Assembly: GCA_963801815.1 (NCBI GenBank)
Contig: CAWDGJ010000001.1
Coordinates: forward strand, 128,001 to 192,000
From: an uncultured Verrucomicrobiae bacterium
GTDB taxonomy: Bacteria; Verrucomicrobiota; Verrucomicrobiia; Chthoniobacterales; UBA10450
Length of the DNA: 64,000 nucleotides
Reading direction: 5' to 3'
The translations under genes were made by a program, and so were the position numbers. Numbering within the stretch: the stretch's first letter is position 1; every line of letters begins with the position of its first letter. Below, piece after piece: positions 57,181 through 64,000 of this stretch. The notes under the pieces were generated by a model. The model made no database searches, was not told where the DNA came from, and worked only from the letters and a program-made list of their open reading frames with translations.

Positions 57181-57752
57181 TTTACCGCTCGGCTGACGAA
57201 TTTGCTGTCGCGCAAGGTAAACCGCCACGGATGATGGACCGAGCGCGTGATCCCGATTCGCGCATCCGCGACAACATCGACATGGTCATCTTCCCTGTCA
57301 GCGAAACAGCGATGAGGGTCGGAGCACAGATCCATTTCGTGATGTCGATCCGTGATGTCGAACGCCTGGGTGAGCTTTCCCGGGCCTGAGCAAAGGCGGC
57401 GTTCTTCGTCAATGCCGCGGCGTTTTCGCATCAGCGCGATGCCGCGCATTGGCTGTAGCGCGCGAAACAAGACAAACCCGTTCGTTTTGCCTTTCACGAG
57501 AACGTTCAGCATCCAATGCGCGCCGTAGCTAAAATAAATGTAGGCTGTGCCGGCTTTGTTCCGTTCCACAAACGCGCGCGCGGTGGGACGCGAGAAGGTG
57601 TGACAAGCCTCGTCGTCCTCCGCCAGATACGCTTCGGTTTCCACAACGATGCCGGCGCAGTGTCCCCAGATGAGTTCTGTTCCTACGAGCTCGCGGGCGC
57701 AGACGAGCGGATCGCGTTGAAAGAACGCTGACCGAATGATTCGGCGTTTCAC
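57114..57752 (-). CDS. mpg: 3-methyladenine DNA glycosylase (AAG/MPG family)
   Basis: IVVETEAY, YIYFSYG.H..LN, SGPGKL, RIGI, PWRF; tail from repeat. Confidence 0.95.
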   Translation of the reverse strand: MKRRIIRSAFFQRDPLVCARELVGTELIWGHCAGIVVETEAYLAEDDEACHTFSRPTARAFVERNKAGTAYIYFSYGAHWMLNVLVKGKTNGFVLFRALQPMRGIALMRKRRGIDEERRLCSGPGKLTQAFDITDRHHEMDLCSDPHRCFADREDDHVDVVADARIGITRSVHHPWRFTLRDSKFVSRAVKTQTPGSKPQTSGKFQTPMPKQ

Positions 57753-57780
57753 GGCGACACAGAGAAGTGAAAAGCCAGAC

Positions 57781-58539
57781 CTAGTCGCCTTTGAAAAAAA
57801 CCGGCAGCTTCACTTCGCAAGCAACCGGTTTGCCATTTCGAAACGCGGGAATGAACTTTGCCTTTGCCAAATCCGCGAACGCCGTATCTGCGAAACCGAG
57901 GAATGGAGGATCTTCGCTTTCTACCGTGAGGTCCTGCAAGTTTCCTTCGACATCCACCTTTAATGCCAGTTCGGCCGAACCATCGACCTTGACTGGCGCG
58001 TCCTCGCTGCTTGGATAGTGAAAGCCGTCAAACTTCGACTCTGCGCCCCAAAAGGGTTGCGGGCCGATGAAGTCGCTCTCCTTGGCAAGTTCGGAGCGTT
58101 CCTGGTTCGAAAAAATTCGCAGTCGCGGTTTGCCCTCCACGATCATGAAAGTGACGGTGCCGTAATAGACCGCGTCCACCGGCAGGTGATTATAAACAGC
58201 AGGAATGAATTTCGGGTTCGCCGCGGCCGACAATTTCTTGAGCACTTCTTGCTCGAGCGCTTTTGAATCAGCCGTCCCGCGATAGGTTTGGACCGAATAG
58301 ACCGAGCCATCCTTTTTGACCGTGCACGAAAACATGACCGCGGCGTCCTTTTGTCCTTTACGAACCAGGTCCGCGATATCGATCCGATTGACGAGAGAAT
58401 CAGCTCCTTTGCCGAGAAGGACTGGCCGCAGCTTGGGCAGGGCCGCAGTTTGCGATGAGGGAATCTCGACCTGCGACCAGGCAGGAGCGACAGCGACAAC
58501 CGCGAGTAAAACGAGCGTTGAAACGGCCTTGGCACACAT
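57781..58539 (-). CDS. TonB C-terminal domain protein (two TonB_C-like repeats)
   Basis: Signal peptide; KFIPAVYN and KFIPAFRNGKPV repeats. Confidence 0.75.
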   Translation of the reverse strand: MCAKAVSTLVLLAVVAVAPAWSQVEIPSSQTAALPKLRPVLLGKGADSLVNRIDIADLVRKGQKDAAVMFSCTVKKDGSVYSVQTYRGTADSKALEQEVLKKLSAAANPKFIPAVYNHLPVDAVYYGTVTFMIVEGKPRLRIFSNQERSELAKESDFIGPQPFWGAESKFDGFHYPSSEDAPVKVDGSAELALKVDVEGNLQDLTVESEDPPFLGFADTAFADLAKAKFIPAFRNGKPVACEVKLPVFFKGD

Positions 58540-58595
58540 GGGACTGATACGCAATCGAAACAGAGGAAGTTTTCAACCGCAAATTGTGGGAGAAA

Positions 58596-60233
58596 TCACG
58601 CGGCCGAGGATTGCACCTGGCGTCCGATTTTATGGACGACCCCGTGTCGCCGGAAGTAATCGATGACCGCGTCCCGGGTCAGGACTGGATGAAACGTGCA
58701 ATTCGTCGCCGGAGTATCGAGGAGGGCTCGCAATTTCATGAACCGATGGCCGGCGCTGCGAGAATCGAAACTGTTAAAGGCGATCCTGTAACGCTTGTCC
58801 CGCTCTAGTAATCGCCTGTCGACCAGCCGCATCGTAGTGATTCGTCGATCAAAACCGGTGCCTTCGGTTCTAATTTCGAAACCGATCAAATTTCGCGGTT
58901 CGCGGCTGGCATAGATCTCCTCCATCAGGACTTTAATCTCTTCAGCGGTCAGCTGGGCTGTAACGACGTAATTTTCGAACGGGATTAGTTTCCAGGCGTC
59001 ATCCACCGTTTTGGGGCCCGCCACGAAATTATTGTGCTCTTCGAAAATGCCATGCATCGCTCCATCTGCGGCTACATCGCGCTTTCGCAATTCCTCCATG
59101 ATCGCCGCGCCGATCAACTGTTCGACTTCGCTTGGTTCGCCGGGACGGCTTCTTACTCGCAGCGTTTCGGCCAACGTCCCGATCGGTTGGGCCAGTGCTA
59201 TCGTAGATTCAGCTAACACGCTTTTTGTTCGCGAAAGAATCGTGGGATCGAGGGGAACGCAATTGTTCATGAGCTCGCAAGTCGCTTCCCGCCGCAACAG
59301 TCTCTTCGAGGTGCGGTCGAAGGTGAGGTCGATCCGGCCGGCATGGATCCCAAAATGATCGGCCTGGGTCAACAGCACACTGTTCGTGAAACAACTCGCA
59401 ATTGCTTGATGCGTATGCCCGGCGATGAACGCAACCGTTTCGGGAAACTCGGATGTTAGCGCCATGATGTTGTTTGCGAAATCATCTCCGCCGCTGCGCG
59501 CTCTCAACCCCATGTGACCGGCCAGCAGGATTGCGTCCGCACCTTCGTCTTTCGCGCTCGCGATCGCCCGCCTGACTGGCTCGACGGAATGTTCAAATCC
59601 GAAACCGCGAATGAACTCGGGCCGAAACCAGTACGTCATGCCCGGCGTAGTCACTCCGATGATCGCGATTTTGATTCCGCCGAATTCTTTTAGAATGTAG
59701 GGTCGCAGCTTCGCAAACGGGTTCGTGGAAAGAACGTCGACCGCATTTCCTTCGATCGACATGTTCGCCGCGAGCACCGGCATGTCGGATTTCGCGATCG
59801 CGTTCGCAAATGTCTCGACGCCCCAGTCGAATTCGTGATTGCCGATGATCCACGCGTCATATTCCAGATAGTTGAAGAGATCGATCATCATCGCACCATT
59901 TGTGCGCAAACTGACGTCGGTTCCCTGATATACATCGCCGGCGTCAATCAGGATTGAGTTCCGATTTTGCCGGCGCCAGCGCCGGATTTGGGTCACACAA
60001 CGAGCGAAGCCGCCGAGGTCCACGTTTCCGGCGTAGTCGCTGGTAGGCAGAATGTGTCCGTGCAAATCGGTCGTATGCAGGATCGAGATTCGAACCGTTT
60101 CGCTTGCCGCGCCGAAGCCACGCGAAGGCGGGTCGCTTGGCGCGGCTGCCGCGCGTGTGATCGACGGCGCGGCGCAAAACAAACCGGCTTGCCCAATGGT
60201 CTTAAGGAACGCGCGGCGAGTGGGGGAACTCAC
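58596..60233 (-). CDS. Tat-exported 5'-nucleotidase / UDP-sugar hydrolase
   Basis: TRRAFLK, HTTDLHG, DAGD, GNHEFD, GHTH. Confidence 0.93.
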   Translation of the reverse strand: MSSPTRRAFLKTIGQAGLFCAAPSITRAAAAPSDPPSRGFGAASETVRISILHTTDLHGHILPTSDYAGNVDLGGFARCVTQIRRWRRQNRNSILIDAGDVYQGTDVSLRTNGAMMIDLFNYLEYDAWIIGNHEFDWGVETFANAIAKSDMPVLAANMSIEGNAVDVLSTNPFAKLRPYILKEFGGIKIAIIGVTTPGMTYWFRPEFIRGFGFEHSVEPVRRAIASAKDEGADAILLAGHMGLRARSGGDDFANNIMALTSEFPETVAFIAGHTHQAIASCFTNSVLLTQADHFGIHAGRIDLTFDRTSKRLLRREATCELMNNCVPLDPTILSRTKSVLAESTIALAQPIGTLAETLRVRSRPGEPSEVEQLIGAAIMEELRKRDVAADGAMHGIFEEHNNFVAGPKTVDDAWKLIPFENYVVTAQLTAEEIKVLMEEIYASREPRNLIGFEIRTEGTGFDRRITTMRLVDRRLLERDKRYRIAFNSFDSRSAGHRFMKLRALLDTPATNCTFHPVLTRDAVIDYFRRHGVVHKIGRQVQSSAA

Positions 60234-60264
60234 TGGCTTTCGGATATCAGGGTCTGATATCCAA

Positions 60265-60349
60265 AGACAGACAAAATTAGCAGAATCCCGGAGCCGTTTG
60301 TCTTTCTTTAATCCGTTTCAATTCTGTTTATTCTGTACATTCTGTCTAA
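60265..60349. repeat. Nonamer-built inverted repeat
   Basis: AGACAGACAAAATTAGCAGAAT...ATTCTGTTT ATTCTGTAC ATTCTGTCT. Confidence 0.6.
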
Positions 60350-60354
60350 CTCTG

Positions 60355-60736
60355 ATGGAACTCGAAGGTATTGACCACGTCGCGATGTCGGTTCGCGATG
60401 TTGAGCGCAGTCCGCGCAATGGTACATCGACGTGCTCGGGTTCGAGCGTCAGTTCGACGGAATGTGGGACGGTGTTCCGGTTTTCATCGGCAAAGGCACG
60501 ACCGCGCTCGCGTTGTTTCCGGTTCGACCAGGATCAGCATTCGAGCGCGCCCGCGGACATTCGACTGCTCCATCTCGCCGTTCCGCGCCAATCGGAAAAA
60601 TTTTCTCAACGCCCATGAAGAATTGAAGCGTCGCGGCATCAAATTCGAATTCCAGGACCACGAAATCTCGCACTCGATTTATTTCAGTGATCCCGACGGC
60701 CACCATCTCGAGATCACCACTTACGAACTGAAATGA
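60355..60736 (+). CDS. VOC/glyoxalase family protein with multiple frameshifts
   Basis: GIDHVA..VRDVERS, LGFE, LHLA, SIYFSDPDGHHLEITT spread over three frames. Confidence 0.85.
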
Positions 60737-60789
60737 TCGTTATGCTCAAACCGCTAAACTGCCGAATTAGGTCCAAAAATTACGCCTTT

Positions 60790-60824
60790 AAAGACGCAAT
60801 TATTGGGCATAATTCTCGTTAGGT
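60790..60824 (+). mobile_element. Candidate attI (or R' of a lost attC) heading the cassette array
   Basis: AT-rich GGCATAATTCTC-GTTAGGT; no upstream attC hairpin; GTTAGGTGAT is complementary to ATCACCTAAC at 61225-61234. Confidence 0.5.
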
Positions 60825-60835
60825 GATTAGTGCGC

Positions 60836-61208
60836 ATGCGTGGCGTTCCAGCAGACCTTCCTCTCGAGCCGTTCGTCGGCGACGAGTGCTGTCAGATCGG
60901 CGTCGGACGCTACCAGTTGCAGTTCCGTTTCGGCCGCGCTGGCCGTATCTCGGTCGAAGGCAAATGGGAGCTGCGCGATCCCTCAGGAGCGGTCATCGAT
61001 CAAGGTCCGCGCGTCGGTCTGGGGAAGCAGAGCCGCGTTCCGGAACAGTACCGTATCCATTACGTTCTCGATGTACCGGTCACACGCTACGCCATTGATG
61101 CGCCTAGGTCTTTCACGCTATTCTTCCAGATTAATTTTGATCGCGCTCACCATTTACGATGATTCCGAGCCTTATGAGTCATTCGATATAAATGGCATTA
61201 TCGTCTGA
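60836..61208 (+). CDS. Cassette 1 hypothetical protein (possibly DUF6188-like), frameshift near 61130
   Basis: MRGVPADL...ISVEGKWEL...|...IYDDSEPYESF; bounded by GTTAGGT and attC. Confidence 0.65.
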
Positions 61209-61227
61209 GCATGCTTTCACCCGTATC

Positions 61228-61346
61228 ACCTAACCAGGCGCTGCAGCTAACGGCCACCCGTACCGCGTTTACCTTCTTCATGACTAGATTATCTTGGTTT
61301 CAGTTCCTGGCGCCGGTGGCCGTAGCTGATCTTGTTCTCGTTAGAT
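61228..61346 (+). mobile_element. Integron attC site
   Basis: R'' ACCTAAC, L'' CAGCTAACGGCCACC, L' GGTGGCCGTAGCTG, R' GTTAGAT. Confidence 0.88.
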
Positions 61347-61380
61347 GATTTCGCGCTGATGTGGACAGTGGATACTACGT

Positions 61381-61671
61381 GTGGTTGTTTTCGGCGTTCT
61401 AGTAAACATGCTCGCACTGGTGTTGCTTCCTTTCGCTCTCATCGCCGCCACGCCGTATATTGTGATTCGCGCGCTGGTTCTCGCTCGGCGCGGCGAGCAG
61501 TCACTCAAGATCGCTGCATTGGATAGCTACGGCTCGGTTTGGGATTCCTTCGTTGGTGCGTTTGCATGGCCGTTTGTCAGCGACCTCGATAGACTCCAGA
61601 AGATTCACCGCCAATCATCTAACCAATCGCTGCAGTCAACCGCTGGCCGGCGAGAAAGTAGTAAGAAATGA
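61381..61671 (+). CDS. Cassette 2 membrane protein reading into a truncated attC
   Basis: Hydrophobic ORF; tail SNQSLQSTAGRR is the translation of attC R''/L''. Confidence 0.55.
   Translation: MVVFGVLVNMLALVLLPFALIAATPYIVIRALVLARRGEQSLKIAALDSYGSVWDSFVGAFAWPFVSDLDRLQKIHRQSSNQSLQSTAGRRESSKK
61617..61652 (+). mobile_element. Truncated attC (R''/L'' half)
   Basis: ATCTAACCAATCGCTGCAGTCAACCG; AATCATCTAAC is complementary to GTTAGATGATT at 61340. Confidence 0.75.
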
Positions 61672-61874
61672 GTAATCACAATCACGGACCAGATCTCAAC
61701 CAGGTTCATCACCACCATGTTCCCTACTGGAAACGTGCGCATACGGATTGGCGATTCTGGATCGGCATCATCCTGATGCTTGGAGCGATGATCGTCTATG
61801 TGATGAGCCTTGACCTGAGGTGGCAACCTCGCAACCAGCCGCAGCCGGCGCCTTCCGCTGAAGCCGGAAAATAA
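61668..61874 (+). CDS. Small His-rich single-TM protein
   Basis: HHHHVPYWKRAHTDWRFW, TM, YVMSLDL. Confidence 0.7.
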   Translation: MSNHNHGPDLNQVHHHHVPYWKRAHTDWRFWIGIILMLGAMIVYVMSLDLRWQPRNQPQPAPSAEAGK

Positions 61875-61970
61875 ATGCTTCGTCTTCCAACGGGCGAGAA
61901 TCATTTTGCGCGAGGAATCCGCATTTGCCAGCCATATCGCTATACGTCGGCGAGCAGGTTGCTTCCGCGC

Positions 61971-62068
61971 ATCTAACCGATCGATGAAGCCAACGGCCCC
62001 CATTGCGATGCAACATGAGTGATCTTGTCCACCGACCCCGCCCGTGGCTTGTCTCGTTCTCGTTAGGA
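61971..62068 (+). mobile_element. Integron attC site
   Basis: R'' ATCTAAC, AAGCCAACGG / CCGTGGCTT, R' GTTAGGA. Confidence 0.85.
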
Positions 62069-62071
62069 TTA

Positions 62072-62488
62072 ATGTTTGCGATCAAAGCCGAGGTTCGCGA
62101 TCTGAAAGCGAAGTCATTCTTGTTCGCGGCGCAGAAGACGATGTATGGCGGCAAGCGAATCGCCAAAGGCGATATAATCTTCATTTTTGCGAGCGAGAAC
62201 GAAGGCGGGCCAGGTCTGATCGCCAGCGGCGTCGTCACCTCGGCCAAAGCGGTGCCTAAGAAACCAGGGGTCGCCAGGCAAACGCCCCGGGTGAGCATTA
62301 CAATCGAGGGCACCGCGACCGCGAAACGGCATCTGGGGCGGAGCGAGCTCAAACTTTTTTCCAATTGGAATGATGGCCGACCCGAGACTGAGCTCAATTT
62401 TAAATTCTATCGTCAGGCAACGAATAAGATCGCCGGCATCTCGGAAGAAGCGGCGGCGTTCCTCTGCCGTTTCTTTGTCAGCCGATGA
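62072..62488 (+). CDS. EVE/PUA-like domain protein following attC
   Basis: IAKGDIIFIFASENEGGPGLIASGVV...RQATNKI..IS; fold call by resemblance. Confidence 0.6.
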   Translation: MFAIKAEVRDLKAKSFLFAAQKTMYGGKRIAKGDIIFIFASENEGGPGLIASGVVTSAKAVPKKPGVARQTPRVSITIEGTATAKRHLGRSELKLFSNWNDGRPETELNFKFYRQATNKIAGISEEAAAFLCRFFVSR

Positions 62489-62531
62489 GCAAACTCGACT
62501 AAAGCTTCTGGAATCGGGTATCGTTCAAGGC

Positions 62532-62864
62532 ATGGGCAAATTTTCTTTACGGATCATTTTAATAGTCACAGCGGGCGTTTTATTCGGCTGCGCCGATGGG
62601 CCAGTTGAATACTCAGCAGACAATCCTGGTGGTTATCTGCATTACATATCGACCGATCCGGTCGTAATTTTTCATAATAAAGTCGATCACGAGGCGGGGC
62701 TCGAGGCTCGTGGCGTCGAACAACCGGTGGGTAACGCCAGTTGGCATGACTATTGGATGAAAATGATCACGTATTGGACAGATGCAGGCACGGTTGGAAC
62801 CCACCGGCAGGTTGCGGCATACATTGTTGAGCAGCGACGCGCGAGAGGTCTTACATCGTTGTAA
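62532..62864 (+). CDS. Uncharacterised lipoprotein, paralogue of 19673-20041
   Basis: Lipobox LFGC; EYSAD..G, GNASWHDYW, YIVEQRRARGL. Confidence 0.75.
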   Translation: MGKFSLRIILIVTAGVLFGCADGPVEYSADNPGGYLHYISTDPVVIFHNKVDHEAGLEARGVEQPVGNASWHDYWMKMITYWTDAGTVGTHRQVAAYIVEQRRARGLTSL

Positions 62865-62868
62865 ACAA

Positions 62869-64000
62869 TTACGTGTTAGCAACCTTCGACGGCACTAAGA
62901 TTCCGTCCCGCATACCGTGAACAAACTTTTTATCGGCAGGAACGATTGTCGCTAACGCGCCGCGCAATTTCACTTTGTTCTCCTCAACGAAATAATAGGG
63001 GCAAAGTCGTACCCGGCCTTTCATGGTTTTCAAGGTGGATCGAGCAGTCCCTTGCTCGATGTTAAAATTTGGCGGCGAAGCCGCATTCTGATTGGCATCG
63101 CCCGACGGAGCGGCCGATCCACCAAAGTCCCAGTACCCGGTGCTCGAGCAAGCGCCCTTTGTGAAAGCGTTGCATGATGGTCGGCGAAGAATCGAACGTT
63201 GCGAGCGCATCATTGATCCTCTTTTCCCATTCCGCGTGCGCGAGATCGGAGCCGACGATATGCCGCGGCTTCCCCAACCGAGGGGCGAGAAGCCGCTGAC
63301 TTTGAGAAGAAGATCGCGATCCTTCTGACTGAACTTTCCCGCTTCGCGCCAATCATGAATTTCCAGCCGCGGGATGACTGCGTGCTGCGGTAACGGAGTT
63401 GGATCGAGCGGCCACGTGTAGGGAATCACTTTTTGAAGCTGCGCGAAATATTTTTCGCCGAGCTCGCGTCTCCAGAATTCGCGGAGCGGCGTCATCCAAA
63501 ACAGCGCGAACCACATTTTCTCTTCGAGGTACGGTTTGAACGGCGGTGTGAGGCCACGCGACCTTCGCCATTGGCACGCGGAGATTATCGATCTTCGGAA
63601 GATTTGGAAGATCGAACAACTCGAAGAAGCGGTAAACCGCTCGTCCGTTGTGCGGCTCGTAGTTCTCAGCGGCCGCAACACGCACGTCGACGCCGCGTTC
63701 CTTGAGTCGCGCGGCGACCCATTTCATTTCCGGACGATAGGTTGCCGACTCTTGCGAAATCACGATGTCACCGCCGTTCGGCAGCACGCTTCGAAATCCC
63801 TCGAGCATTCCGTCCGCGTCGCCGAGGATTTCCGTCTCGAACTTGGAATACGTTTGATTCAGCCACCCGGTCAGGCCGATTCCGCCCGGAACAGAATCAA
63901 TCTCGGCGATGGTGTAACCGTCATCGGTCAGAATGAGATCGGGCCGAATGACGAGCGGCAGATCGTCGCGAAATTCTTTGCGTCGCGAGAACTCGATGAG
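62869..64000 (-). CDS. Glutathionylspermidine-synthase / circularly permuted ATP-grasp-like protein; 5' end outside window, frameshifted, in-frame repeat insert
   Basis: RPDLILTDDGYTIAEIDSVPGG, YRFFELFD, KPYLEEK, LKVSGFS..WGSRG, GRVRLCPYYF, HGMRD. Confidence 0.65.
63034..63123. repeat. GTGG-type REP doublet inside CDS
   Basis: First 31 nt identical to the 10893 copy; ends GGAGCGGCCGATCCACC; 90 bp. Confidence 0.9.

Noticed and set aside
60355..64000. Cluster of pseudogenes at the right end
   Set aside because: Indel density rises toward the window end while residues stay conserved, which fits low-coverage consensus error better; cannot be excluded without reads.

Overview
A 64 kb GC-rich bacterial chromosomal segment of mostly housekeeping genes: moeA, lpxA, radC, pyrF/pyrE, ispE, sdhCAB, secA, smpB, rpoZ, tRNA-Pro, sufS/sufU, lpxK, thrB, acs, mnmA and mpg. 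Gene content and style suggest a soil Verrucomicrobium (Chthoniobacterales-like); this is inference only. Several conserved genes carry single-base frameshifts, clustered toward the right end, which look like long-read errors. The most interesting signal is non-coding. (1) A REP-associated tyrosine transposase (RAYT) is bracketed by perfect 25-bp GTAG REPs, and related REP doublets are scattered through the window. Two doublets sit exactly in frame inside protein genes (20 and 30 codons) and several supply stop or start codons. (2) At least four other palindromic repeat families occur (GGAG, TGTCATTCCG, heptamer- and nonamer-built hairpins), some nested or adding protein tails. (3) An integrase-less integron cassette array with a candidate attI lies at 60.8-62.1 kb, with same-family attC remnants at 0.4-1.3 kb. 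(4) An unexplained array of three palindromes has an exact 43-bp period. Other notable loci are an RtcB plus CPDase-like pair, a PilV/W/X-like pseudopilin operon, two paralogues of an unnamed lipoprotein family, an unannotated bS22-like ribosomal microprotein and a subclass B3 metallo-beta-lactamase.
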